Positions 1-10,323 of a stretch of DNA of 64,000 nt are shown piece by piece (position 1 is the first letter of the stretch; the number at the start of each line of letters is the position of its first letter). Position numbers and translations under genes: made by a program. The DNA is from Prevotella sp. (GTDB taxonomy: Bacteria > Bacteroidota > Bacteroidia > Bacteroidales > Dysgonomonadaceae), in NCBI GenBank assembly GCA_031285625.1, contig JAITVV010000007.1:32001-96000 (forward strand). The letters are read 5' to 3'. The notes beneath the pieces were generated by a model that saw nothing but the letters and a program-made list of their open reading frames with translations, was not told the origin of the DNA and searched no databases.

Positions 1-1
1 A

Positions 2-1231
2 ACTGAAAAACTGAAGGAAAAACTTACAGCTATCGGTACCGATCTGAATATGAAAGGTATGAGAGTATTAGGAGTCGCTCAAAAGAGCTGGGTGGAGAAA
101 GAGCATTCTTTTGCAGTCGAAGACGAATCGGAAATGGTGCTGATTGGTTATCTGGCTTTCCTCGATCCACCAAAAGCTTCTGCCTCGGAAGCTATTAAAG
201 CCCTGTATGAACATGGAGTGGAAGTAAAAGTGCTCTCGGGGGATAATGCGCTGATAACTAAAAATGTCTGTCAACAAGTCGGTATCAATATTGAAAAAAT
301 ATTGTTGGGAAACCAAATAGAAGAGATGAGCAGTGAGGAACTTGAAAGGGAAGTTTCCGGGACCAATATTTTCGCTAAACTGACTCCCTTGCAGAAGTCG
401 AGAATAATACAGATTCTTCAATCGCAGGACAATACGGTCGGCTTTTTAGGTGACGGGATTAATGATGCAGCCGCACTTCGTCAGTCAGATATAGGTATTT
501 CGGTAGATACCGCAGTGGATATAGCCAAAGAATCGGCGGATATTATCCTGCTCGAAAAAGACTTGATGGTACTGGAAAGAGGGGTTATAGAAGGACGTAA
601 AATATTTGGAAATATTACCAAATACATCAAGATGACTGCCAGTTCCAACTTTGGAAATATGTTCAGTGTTTTAGTGGCCAGCGCGTTCCTGCCTTTCCTT
701 CCCATGCTGCCGATACACTTATTAATACAGAATCTGCTTTATGATATTTCACAGATAACCATACCGTTCGACAATGTAGATAAAGAATATTTGCAAAAAC
801 CGCGCAAATGGGATGCTTCCGACCTCAAACGCTTTATGATACGAATAGGGCCTATCAGTTCCATATTCGATATTGCGACCTATCTGGTGATGTGGTATGT
901 ATTTAAATGCACTATGCCCGAAGACCAGTCTCTGTTCCAGTCTGGTTGGTTTATCGAAGGGTTACTTTCTCAGACACTCATTGTGCATATGATACGTACA
1001 CGTAAAATACCATTCATACAAAGCCGGGCTTCTCTGCCGGTAATGATAACCACTTTTTCTATCATGGCAATAGGCATCATCATTCCGTTTACAGCTCTTG
1101 GGGCATCTATCGGCTTTACTCCGCTGCCTTGGTCGTACTTCCCGTGGCTGGTAGGAATACTTATGAGCTATTGTTTCCTCATTCAGTTTATCAAGAACTG
1201 GTACGTGCGCAAGTTTCAAAGATGGTTATAA
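2..1231 (+). CDS. mgtA: Magnesium-translocating P-type ATPase (5'-truncated by the window edge)
   Basis: Frame is open from position 2. P-type motifs FLDPPK, SGDN, GDGINDA and KYIKMTASSNFGN. C-terminal FQSGWFIEGLLSQTLIVHMIRT is typical of MgtA/MgtB. Followed by mgtC. Confidence 0.93.
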   Translation, partial: TEKLKEKLTAIGTDLNMKGMRVLGVAQKSWVEKEHSFAVEDESEMVLIGYLAFLDPPKASASEAIKALYEHGVEVKVLSGDNALITKNVCQQVGINIEKILLGNQIEEMSSEELEREVSGTNIFAKLTPLQKSRIIQILQSQDNTVGFLGDGINDAAALRQSDIGISVDTAVDIAKESADIILLEKDLMVLERGVIEGRKIFGNITKYIKMTASSNFGNMFSVLVASAFLPFLPMLPIHLLIQNLLYDISQITIPFDNVDKEYLQKPRKWDASDLKRFMIRIGPISSIFDIATYLVMWYVFKCTMPEDQSLFQSGWFIEGLLSQTLIVHMIRTRKIPFIQSRASLPVMITTFSIMAIGIIIPFTALGASIGFTPLPWSYFPWLVGILMSYCFLIQFIKNWYVRKFQRWL

Positions 1232-1245
1232 GAAGATGAATAACA

Positions 1246-1947
1246 ATGATCTCATTCACTATTAACATAGGATTGGCCCTTCTGCTGGGTATGTGCATAG
1301 GGCTCGAACGCCAGTTGCGCCAACGGGTGGCGGGGTTACGCACCAATACGCTGGTATCTCTGGGAGCAGCCATATTTATGGTCATTGCCTGCAAAATAGG
1401 TGGGGATGCACAGGGACGCATCGCATCTTATATCATAAGTGGCATGGGCTTTCTGGGAGCAGGCGTCATTATTAAAGATGGAGCAACAATAAGAGGGCTT
1501 AATACAGCCGCAACCCTTTGGTGTACGGCTGCTATCGGGGCATTCTGTGGACTCGGTTATATCTACGAACCTTTGATAGGAACAGCTTTTATTATTACAG
1601 TGCATCTCATTTTACGCCCCTTATCGAATAGGATAATGAAGTCTACAGCTTTTGTCGATAAGGAAACCGAAGAATATCGCTATAAGTTCGTCACCTGCTG
1701 TAAAGAAAATGTAGAAAACCACATACGAGTATTATTTATCCAGTATATCGGAAACACCAACGACCTGATGCTGAGTTCCCTTACGAGCTACAATGCAGAT
1801 ACTCCTACATCGGCTGTGATAGAGGCAGATATTATCAGCTTCTCTAAACAAGATGCCGCAATAGAAAAGATTGCTTCTTTCCTCACTCTGGAAAGTGGTG
1901 TAACTTCTATTAAGTGGGAAGTAAGCAGCATGGATGCACATTCATGA
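1246..1947 (+). CDS. mgtC: MgtC/SapB family membrane protein
   Basis: GLERQ, AGLRTN, GMGFLGAG and GLNTAATLW motifs, plus a C-terminal ACT-like domain. Confidence 0.93.
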   Translation: MISFTINIGLALLLGMCIGLERQLRQRVAGLRTNTLVSLGAAIFMVIACKIGGDAQGRIASYIISGMGFLGAGVIIKDGATIRGLNTAATLWCTAAIGAFCGLGYIYEPLIGTAFIITVHLILRPLSNRIMKSTAFVDKETEEYRYKFVTCCKENVENHIRVLFIQYIGNTNDLMLSSLTSYNADTPTSAVIEADIISFSKQDAAIEKIASFLTLESGVTSIKWEVSSMDAHS

Positions 1948-1953
1948 AATATA

Positions 1954-2025
1954 GGATTAAGAAAGTCGCAGGTGTGAGAAATTATTAACTCCTACTCATC
2001 GCTTCCCGCTTTCTTAATCCTTTTT
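1954..2025 (+). terminator. Hairpin/intrinsic terminator after mgtC
   Basis: Perfect 12-bp inverted repeat GGATTAAGAAAG (1954-1965) / CTTTCTTAATCC (2009-2020), followed by T5. The loop is large. Confidence 0.6.
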
Positions 2026-2093
2026 CTAATAGTTTTCTAATAACTTTCTAAGACTTCTCTAACAGGCTGAAAAGAATCAACTCCCTACTTTTG
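2024..2093 (+). promoter_or_regulatory. OmpR-type direct-repeat operator plus Bacteroidota -7 promoter for RND system 1
   Basis: YTCTAA at 2024, 2035, 2046 and 2057 (11-bp period). TACTTTTG (TAnnTTTG) at 2086-2093. Confidence 0.7.
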
Positions 2094-2124
2094 CCGCAAA
2101 AAATAATTCTAAAAACAGAAAAAT

Positions 2125-3234
2125 ATGAAGAACAGGAAACCATTACAGCTCATATTGCTATTGTCGGTAATATGCCTTGCCGCTTGTAAAAGCAAAGATG
2201 TAGAAAATGAAGCGAATGCTTATCAGATAAAGGGAGATACAGTGTATGTAGATAATAACAACATTCTTATTTCGAAAATAAAACTATCAGAGGTAGAAGT
2301 TGAACCCTATTCAAAAGAAGTAATAACGGCAGGAACCGTTCAACCCATCCCTACACAATTTGCTTACGTAGCACCGCCTTTCTCGGGAAGAATTATAAAG
2401 TCATATATTAAATTAGGGCAACGGATTGCGAAAGATACTCCTTTATTTGAAATAAATTCCCCCGATTTTACTGCTGCTCAGAAAGATTTCTATCAGGCTC
2501 AATCGTCGAGGGAACTCGCTCAAAAGGAACTCAAACGTAAAGAGGATTTAATAGAAAACGGAGTCAGCTCGCAAAAAGAACTGGAAGAGGCTTTAAGCGC
2601 CTTACAGATTGCGGAGAAAGAATATGAGAATGCTCATGCGGCTTTGCTGGTCTATCAGGTAAACCCCGAAGATATGGTATTGGGACAATCGCTTATAGTG
2701 CGTTCCCCGATTTCGGGCAATGTAATAGAAAATAACATTGTTACGGGTCAATATATCAAAAACGATTCGGAACCGATTGCCACTATTGCCGACCTTTCGC
2801 AGGTATGGGTTACGGCACAGGTAAAAGAAAAAGATATCCGCTTTATACACGAAGGCGACAGCATAGAAATGTTTATGTCGGCTTATCCCGAAGAAATCAT
2901 CAACGGGAAAGTTTTCCATGTCGAAGAAGCGGTAGACGAAGCTACCCGCTCGATAAAAGTGCTGTCTGTCTGTGATAACAAAGAAGAACTCCTCAAGATA
3001 GGCATGTATACTACCGTGCACTTTCTGGACAAATCGTCCGACTTTGTCCATGTCCCCGAAAAAGCATTGCTGCAAGGAGAGAAAGACAGCTACGTATACG
3101 TGGAATCGGCGCCTAATACATATATCCGCACTCCTGTAGAAGTCGAAAGTTCAAAAAATGGGAAAGCCGTAATCGCAAAAGGACTCAGGGCTGATTGTAA
3201 AATCATTAGTGAAGGAGGGTACTATTTAAAGTAA
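2125..3234 (+). CDS. RND efflux periplasmic adaptor (CzcB-like lipoprotein)
   Basis: Lipobox LAAC, helical hairpin, VRSPISG and IADLSQVWV motifs. Lies upstream of a heavy-metal RND gene. Confidence 0.9.
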   Translation: MKNRKPLQLILLLSVICLAACKSKDVENEANAYQIKGDTVYVDNNNILISKIKLSEVEVEPYSKEVITAGTVQPIPTQFAYVAPPFSGRIIKSYIKLGQRIAKDTPLFEINSPDFTAAQKDFYQAQSSRELAQKELKRKEDLIENGVSSQKELEEALSALQIAEKEYENAHAALLVYQVNPEDMVLGQSLIVRSPISGNVIENNIVTGQYIKNDSEPIATIADLSQVWVTAQVKEKDIRFIHEGDSIEMFMSAYPEEIINGKVFHVEEAVDEATRSIKVLSVCDNKEELLKIGMYTTVHFLDKSSDFVHVPEKALLQGEKDSYVYVESAPNTYIRTPVEVESSKNGKAVIAKGLRADCKIISEGGYYLK

Positions 3235-3332
3235 AAGTCGCAGACCTTTTTATTTACCCGAGAAGTCAAACCACAGGCATGTTGTAATCAGAAAATATGC
3301 CATTTAATTCCAACTTTCATTCAAGTTATATT

Positions 3333-6300
3333 ATGAAAAAAGATTTAATGTTGACGGTTATACAAAAAAGATGGGTGCTGCTGTGCCTATTCATTATACT
3401 CTGTTTCTTCGGTTATTACTCGTGGAAACAACTATCCATCGAAGCTTATCCTGATATTGCGGATGTTACTTCACAGGTGGTTACCCAAGTGCCAGGATTG
3501 GCTGCCGAAGAGGTGGAGCAACAAATAACGATTCCTCTCGAAAGGGCTTTAAACGGGTTGCCGGGTATGCACGTTATGCGAAGCAAAAGCACTTTCGGGC
3601 TATCGATGATAACTATCGTTTTCGAAGATGGTACAGAAGATTATTGGAGTCGCCAGAGAGTACAGGAAAGGCTCGACGAGGTGGAACTACCTTATGATGC
3701 CGTACCAGGACTAGACCCGTTAACCTCTCCTACAGGAGAGATTTACCGCTATATTATCGAAAGTGACAAACACTCGTTAAGGGAACTAACCGATTTGCAG
3801 AACTGGGTAATTATTCCACGTATCAAGCAGGTTTCGGGAGTAACTGATGTCAGCAATTTCGGAGGGATAACTACACAATATCAGGTAGAAATTGACCCAC
3901 AAAAACTTGAACAATATCATATCTCATTAGACCAAGTCATGGAAGCCATCGAGAACAATAATTCCAATGTCGGAGGCAGTGTTCTCAATCGGGGTGACCT
4001 CGGATATGTGGTAAGGGGAATCGGGCTTATTTCCGATTTGGAAGACTTAGGCAAAATTGTTGTCAGTTCCGAAAACGGAGTACCTGTTTTTCTTAATGAT
4101 ATAGGTAAACTAAAATACGGAAATCTCGAACGTAAAGGTGTTTTCGGATATACCGACCGCAAACGTGAGTATTCGGAAAGTATAGAGGGTATTGTCCTTT
4201 TATTGAAGCATGAAAATCCTTCTATTGTGTTGGAGGGTATCAAAAATGCAGTGGATGAACTGAACAGCGAAACACTTCCCGAAGGTGTGAATATTCACGT
4301 ATTTCTCGACCGTACCCAGCTGGTCGATACAACACTCCACACTGTATCGCGTACACTGCTCGAAGGTATGATTCTGGTTATTATCGTACTCATTGTTTTT
4401 CTCGGAAGTTGGCGCGGGGCACTGCTCGTAGCCGTTACGATTCCCATATCGTTACTTATTGCATTCATACTGATGCATCTCACGAATATTCCTGCAAACC
4501 TTTTATCACTGGGGGCTATCGATTTCGGTATCATAGTAGATGGTGCCATTGTGATGATGGAAACCATACTAAAGAAGAGGGAAGACCATCCGCAGGAATA
4601 TCTGGAAGAAAAAAGTATTTCGAAACGTGTAATAGAAGTTGCTAAACCGATTGCATTTGCCACTATAATTATCATCACGGCCTATTTGCCTCTTTTCGCA
4701 TTCGAACGTGTCGAACGTAAATTGTTCACTCCGATGGCATTTACGGTAAGTTATGCTTTAATCGGCGCTTTGCTGGTAGCCTTGTTTCTCATTCCGGGAA
4801 TCGGATATGCGCTTTACCGCAAACCGAAAAAGATATATCATAATAAATGGCTCGAAAAACTGACCTTGAAATATTCGGACGCAGTAAGCAAAATACTGAA
4901 AAAACCGAAAAAAGTAATCGTATCCGTCGCTGTCATTTTTGTTTGTGCCATCGGACTGTCTGTCTTTGTTGGAAAAGATTTCCTACCTGTGTTGGACGAA
5001 GGTTCTATCTGGATGCAGGTAAATCTCCCACCGGGAATATCAGTGGAAAAATCGAGGGAGCTATCCGATACACTACGGCAACGGACTATGAAGCATGGTG
5101 AAGTCACCTACATTGCCGTTCAGGCAGGGCGTAACGATGACGGTACAGACCCTTTCACTCCATCACATTTCGAGGTTTCCATCGGTATCAAGCCGTACAG
5201 TGAATGGCCGAGCGGAAAAACCAAGAACGATCTGATAGACGAATTAGCAAAAGAATATGAGTCACTGGCAGGCTTCCGTGTCGGATTCAGTCAGCCGATG
5301 ATCGACGGAGTGATGGATAAGATTGCAGGTGCGCATAGTGAACTGGTAATCAAAGTGTATGGCGACGAATTCAAAGAAACCCGACGGATTGCCGAAGATA
5401 TTATGAATACCCTGAAAAACGTGGAAGGTGCCGTCGATTTGGATATCGACCAGGAACCGCCCCTGCCTCAATTGCAGGTACATATGAACAGGGATGCCAT
5501 TGCGCGTTACGGGTTGAATGTTTCGGATGTGAGTAACCTGATTGAGGTGGCAATAGGAGGCAAAGCCATATCCCAGATTTATCAGAACGACAGAGTATAT
5601 GATATTACCTGCAAGTACGATGAAAATTCGCGCAACACCCCCGAAAAGATTGCTGCGCTGATGCTGACCTCCGCTACAGGAGCTAAGATACCGTTATCAC
5701 AGGTAGCCGATATAAAATTAAGTACAGGTGAAAGTACCATCACACGCGAAATGAACAAACGCCATCTGACCGTAAAGTTAAATCTTCGTGGGCGTGACCT
5801 CGGTTCTTTTCTTGAAGATGCCCAACATTCAATAGAAAAAAAATATAAAATACGACCACGAAAAATATCATATAAAGTGGGGCGGACAGTTTGAAAATCA
5901 ACACCGCGCCTATTCACGCTTAGCTGTTATTGTTCCTTTGGCTCTGGCAATTATGTTTATCTTGCTGTATGCCGCTTTCGGAAAATTCCGTCAGGCAGGA
6001 TTGGTTTTGACCATTGTTCCGTTGGCTTTGTTCGGCGGCATGCTCGCCCTCAATCTAAGAGGAATGACGCTGAACGTATCTTCTGCAGTCGGTTTTATCG
6101 CTTTGTTCGGTGTCGCCATTCAAAACGGCGTGATTATGATTTCGCATATCAATGGTTTACGCAAAGACGGAATGCCATTACTAAAAGCGGTTTCTGATGG
6201 TACACGTCATCGTTTCCGCCCGATACTGATGACTGCGACAGTTGCTATATTGGGATTATTGCCTGCTTCTCTTGCTACGGGTATAGGTTCTGATGTACAG

Positions 6301-6438
6301 CGTCCCCTTGCCACCGTTATCGTATACGGTCTGATGTTTTCGACTATTATTACCCTGTTTGCCTTACCTGTCTTTTATTACATGATAGAAAATAAAGCAG
6401 AAAAATCAAAAAAAGAATCGGAATATGAAAATAAATAA
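3333..6438 (+). pseudogene. czcA: CusA/CzcA heavy-metal RND permease, frameshifted (+1 A in A8 run 5836-5843)
   Basis: EAYPDI and AIDFGIIVDGA motifs. Removing one A joins ORFs 3297-5894 and 5938-6438 through EKNIKYDHEKYHIKWGGQFENQHRA. Could be a sequencing error. Confidence 0.85.
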
Positions 6439-7678
6439 AGTACAATCCATAATAGTAATGAGTATTCTCATCCTGATGAATTTTGCGGCCTTTGCACAGT
6501 CGCAGAATTCTATGGATGGAATGAATCCAATTTTATCTTTCCACGAATATTTAAATCAGGTGGGAAAAAAGAACCTCAATTTTCTGGCTGAAAAATACAA
6601 TGTAGATATTGCCGAAGCCGAAATGATTGCACAAAAAGTGCTTCCCGACCCCGATTTGGAGTTTGAAGCGGCGGACGAAACTTTTACTCTGGGATTAGCT
6701 TATAACCTTGAACTGGGTAATAAACGCGGTGCGAGAGTACGTCTTGCCAAAAGCCAGTCGGAATTAGAAAAGCTGGTTCTCGAATATTATTATCAGGAAT
6801 TGCGTGCCGAGGCTGCCAATTTGTTTCTGGATGCCATACAACAGCGGGAGCTGCTGACTGTGAAGAAAAGCTCTTATGAATATATGCTGCAATTGAGCCA
6901 TTCGGACAGTATCCGTTTTCGTTTGGGAGAAATAACCGAAACCGATGCCCGTCAATCGAAACTGGAAGCAGCCACTTTACTCAATGATGTTTTTGAACAG
7001 GAAGCTGTATATAAATCGACATTGGTGTTACTCAATCAATTTATGGGCAGAACCTCTGATACCCTGAATATTCCTTCTGGAAAGTGGGATACATTGAATA
7101 GGGAATATATACTTCCTGAGCTTACGTCCTTAGGACTAACTACTCGTATAGATTTGTTTGCTGCAAACAAAAACATTGAAGTGGTAACGAACCAACATAA
7201 ACTGGTAAAAGCCGAACGAAAAATGGATTTAGGTTTGTCACTTAATTACGAACGGGATTGGCATGGATTCCTTCCGCCATCCCGTTCATTTACGGCAGGT
7301 ATTTCTATTCCGCTTAAGTTCTCCAACCTGAATAAAGGCGCAGTGAAAGCGGCACAATTCGGGATAGAACAATCGAAAATCCAGCAACAGAATATGGAGT
7401 TGCAAATCAAATCCGAAATATCACAGGCATTTTTTCATTTCGAGGCTGCCAAGAAAAAATTAAGGCAGTACCAGTCAGGACTATTAGACGAATCCCATAA
7501 AATACTGGATGGTATGGTTTATAAATACAAACGCGGCGAAACAAGCATTATGGAAGTCCTGATTGCTCAACGTACCTATAATGAAGTTCAGGAGCAATAT
7601 CTGGAAACCATGAAAGGATATGTTTCGTCTTTAGTCGAACTGCAAAAAACATGTGGTATATGGGACATTGAGTTCTAA
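6425..7678 (+). CDS. TolC/CzcC family outer membrane efflux protein
   Basis: Signal peptide, coiled-coil OEP repeats and YKRGETSIMEVL. Position in the RND operon. Confidence 0.88.
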   Translation: MKINKVQSIIVMSILILMNFAAFAQSQNSMDGMNPILSFHEYLNQVGKKNLNFLAEKYNVDIAEAEMIAQKVLPDPDLEFEAADETFTLGLAYNLELGNKRGARVRLAKSQSELEKLVLEYYYQELRAEAANLFLDAIQQRELLTVKKSSYEYMLQLSHSDSIRFRLGEITETDARQSKLEAATLLNDVFEQEAVYKSTLVLLNQFMGRTSDTLNIPSGKWDTLNREYILPELTSLGLTTRIDLFAANKNIEVVTNQHKLVKAERKMDLGLSLNYERDWHGFLPPSRSFTAGISIPLKFSNLNKGAVKAAQFGIEQSKIQQQNMELQIKSEISQAFFHFEAAKKKLRQYQSGLLDESHKILDGMVYKYKRGETSIMEVLIAQRTYNEVQEQYLETMKGYVSSLVELQKTCGIWDIEF

Positions 7679-7684
7679 AAAGTT

Positions 7685-7692
7685 TATCTTTG
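7685..7692 (+). promoter_or_regulatory. -7 promoter element for two-component system 1
   Basis: TATCTTTG ends 25 nt before the ATG at 7718. Confidence 0.55.
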
Positions 7693-7717
7693 CTTTATAG
7701 CCTTTATTCTATTTGGT

Positions 7718-8407
7718 ATGAAAAAAATATTGGTCATAGAAGATGAAAAACGGATAGCCGAAATTTTGCAGAAAGGCCTTTATGAATTCGGCTTCGAAGT
7801 TAGTGTCGCTTTCGATGGAGATACAGGTAAAAGACTCATTAATTCGAATTCTTACGACCTCATCATTACGGACATCATTCTTCCTCATCACAATGGCTTT
7901 GAACTGACAAAGGTAATTAAGGATAAGAACCCTCATACGCCTGTAATCATGCTGACGGCACTCGGTGCGACAGACGATAAGCTGGACGGATTCGATGCTG
8001 GAGCCGACGATTATATGGTAAAACCGTTTGACTTACGGGAATTGAATGCACGGATAAATGTGCTGTTGAAAAGACATCCAAACCAGAACGAAAATGTTGT
8101 AATGAATGAACTGAAGTATGATAGTTTAACTATGCAACTGGACACCAGAAAGGTCTTTCGTTCAGGAAAAGAAATAAAACTAACCCCCAAAGAATTTAAC
8201 CTGCTGAAATACCTGCTCGAAAATCCCGAAAGGGTTTTGCCCCGTTCCGAAATAGCCGAAAAAGTATGGGACACGCATTTCGATACGGGTACTAATTTTA
8301 TAGATGTGTATATCAATTACCTGAGAGGAAAAATTGATAAGGCTTTCGATAAGAAACTCATTCATACTAGTCCCGGCATCGGATTTATTCTAAAATCGGA
8401 AGAATGA
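7718..8407 (+). CDS. OmpR/CusR-type response regulator
   Basis: IEDE, DIILP, GADDYMVKPF, LTPKEF and TNFIDVYINYLR motifs. Confidence 0.93.
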   Translation: MKKILVIEDEKRIAEILQKGLYEFGFEVSVAFDGDTGKRLINSNSYDLIITDIILPHHNGFELTKVIKDKNPHTPVIMLTALGATDDKLDGFDAGADDYMVKPFDLRELNARINVLLKRHPNQNENVVMNELKYDSLTMQLDTRKVFRSGKEIKLTPKEFNLLKYLLENPERVLPRSEIAEKVWDTHFDTGTNFIDVYINYLRGKIDKAFDKKLIHTSPGIGFILKSEE

Positions 8408-9774
8408 AGATAAAGACCAAAATAGCGCTTCGATACTCGATTGTCACCGCCATATTAATGGCGGTTTTCGCTACTATTGTCTATTTTGTTTCAGCTCACG
8501 ACAGGGAAATCGAATTTTATGATGACCTCTACAAAGAAGGCGTATCGAAAGCTAATTTATATTTCGAAGCGAAAGCCAGTCCCGAAACCATGCATTCCAT
8601 CTATAAGAACAACATAGAATATATCGACGAAGTGGAAGTCGCCATTTACAATACGCAGTTCAGCCTTTTGTATCATGACGCAAAAGATATAGATATTGTA
8701 AAGGAAACGCCTGACCTTATCACAAGAGTTATCAATTCAAAAAAGAACATTGATTTTTATGTGGAGAAATATCAGGCAGTCGGTTTTATCTTTCATCACA
8801 ATAATTCTCAGTATATAGTTACGGCAGCAGCTTTTGACGGTTACGGTTATAATAAATTGCACAGGCTTTTTGTCAATTTACTTATCCTTACCCTCCTTTC
8901 TATAATTACTTCTTTTATTGTCGGTTACTATCTGGCAAAGAGAGCCCTGAAACCTGTATCGGAAATCTCAAACAAGATGAAAGAGATAACCGCCAATAAT
9001 CTGGATTTAAGATTACTCAGCTACAATGAGAAAGACGAATTCGGAGAATTGGCGACTTCCTTCAACAAAGCTCTGGATATTATAGAATCTTCTTTCGAAT
9101 CGCAGAAAATGTTTGTCAGTAATGTGTCGCATGAATTGCGGACTCCGCTGGCTACCTTAATCGGTGAAATTGATTATGCTTTGTTGAAAAAGCGTACCAT
9201 TGAAGAATATATCCATACACTCCAAACATCGAAGCAAGATACTGTACGCCTGATAAAATTGGTGAACGGTTTACTCGATTTGGCCAAAGCAAGTTATGAT
9301 GAAAGCAAAATATCGATGGGAGAAGTACGTATAGACGAGATACTCCTCGATGCGAGGGAAGAGGTTTTAAGGTTGAATCCTGATTACAAAATCGATTTAC
9401 AATTTACACATCCTACAGAAAACGATTCCGAATTAATTGTTTCAGGTAATGAATACCTTTTGAAAACCGCTTTCTCTAACCTAATGGAGAATAATTGCAA
9501 ATTTTCTGCCAATAGAACATCGACCGTGAAAATATATTCAGTGGAAAACTCATTGCATATAAGCTTCTCCGATACGGGTATTGGTATCCCGTCTGAAGAT
9601 TTGGAGAATATCTTTAAACCATTCTACAGGGGAAGAAACAAAGAATTCATTGATGGCAACGGTATAGGTCTGGCTCTGGTCGATAAAGTTATCAAGATTC
9701 ATAAAGGAAAGATAGGAATAGATTCAGTTATTGGCGTCGGCACGGTTTTTAATATTGAATTCTTTGTCCTTTGA
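8404..9774 (+). CDS. HAMP-domain sensor histidine kinase
   Basis: Two TM segments, HAMP, H-box SHELRTPL, N-box NLMENNCKF and G boxes. ATGA overlap with the response regulator. Confidence 0.93.
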   Translation: MKIKTKIALRYSIVTAILMAVFATIVYFVSAHDREIEFYDDLYKEGVSKANLYFEAKASPETMHSIYKNNIEYIDEVEVAIYNTQFSLLYHDAKDIDIVKETPDLITRVINSKKNIDFYVEKYQAVGFIFHHNNSQYIVTAAAFDGYGYNKLHRLFVNLLILTLLSIITSFIVGYYLAKRALKPVSEISNKMKEITANNLDLRLLSYNEKDEFGELATSFNKALDIIESSFESQKMFVSNVSHELRTPLATLIGEIDYALLKKRTIEEYIHTLQTSKQDTVRLIKLVNGLLDLAKASYDESKISMGEVRIDEILLDAREEVLRLNPDYKIDLQFTHPTENDSELIVSGNEYLLKTAFSNLMENNCKFSANRTSTVKIYSVENSLHISFSDTGIGIPSEDLENIFKPFYRGRNKEFIDGNGIGLALVDKVIKIHKGKIGIDSVIGVGTVFNIEFFVL

Positions 9775-9843
9775 ATATAAAGTAGTAAATTATATTCCAA
9801 AGAATACAAGTCAACTCTAAGCCAAAAGTGGCATTTTGAGAGA

Positions 9844-10147
9844 CAATCCAAAGACAGAAACTGTTACTAAATCGTTACTATTTGGATTGCATATATTAAG
9901 TAAATGACTGACAATTATCAATTTAAAATATAAATTGGTTGATCCATATGGGATCACTAGGCGAACCGAACCTTCGGGGACAGTTCAAAGCCAAAAGCAC
10001 AGGAAAGTCTTCTAAAGTATTAGTTTAGAAGACCTTTTTATTTAATAAATTCTCCTGAGAGACTTCACCAAGACATAAAAAGCCTTCAAAAAATCGAAAA
10101 TAACTACTAAATCACTACTGCTTTAGTTTCGAGTAAAAACAGTAGTT
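9844..10147. mobile_element. Putative tyrosine-integrase attachment junction (arm repeats plus palindromic core resembling a tRNA 3' end)
   Basis: GTTACTAAATCGTTACT (9863-9879) and ACTACTAAATCACTACT (10103-10119) flank the core TGATCC-ATATG-GGATCA (9940-9956). No integrase in the window. Confidence 0.5.
10007..10039 (+). terminator. Intrinsic terminator
   Basis: GTCTTCTAAA / TTTAGAAGAC inverted repeat followed by CTTTTT. Confidence 0.65.
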
Positions 10148-10220
10148 GTCTTTGGATAAAAACTCTCATTTACTGCTCGTTTTGACAGTCAAGAGAAAGA
10201 CATAAGTCTTTATTTAATTT

Positions 10221-10299
10221 TCTAATCTATTTTTAATCTACCTATAATCCTCATCTAATATAACTCAAAGAAACGTCTAATCTTTGGGAAATATATTTG
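10221..10299 (+). promoter_or_regulatory. 11-bp periodic operator and -7-like elements for RND system 2
   Basis: TAAT(C) at 10223, 10234, 10245 and 10256. AATCTTTG at 10279 and TATATTTG at 10292. Confidence 0.6.
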
Positions 10300-10323
10300 C
10301 ATCATAAAAATTGTATGCGTGCA

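Noticed and set aside
1962-3244. AAAGTCGCAG repeated after mgtC and after the adaptor gene
   Set aside because: Only 10 bp in two copies with no further similarity, compatible with chance.
5938-6438. Independent 166-aa membrane protein
   Set aside because: It is the C-terminal part of the frameshifted czcA1.
9935-9990. Intact tRNA or ncRNA gene
   Set aside because: Only a decayed 3'-end-like segment is present. No D-arm or anticodon arm can be folded, so it is treated as an att-like core.
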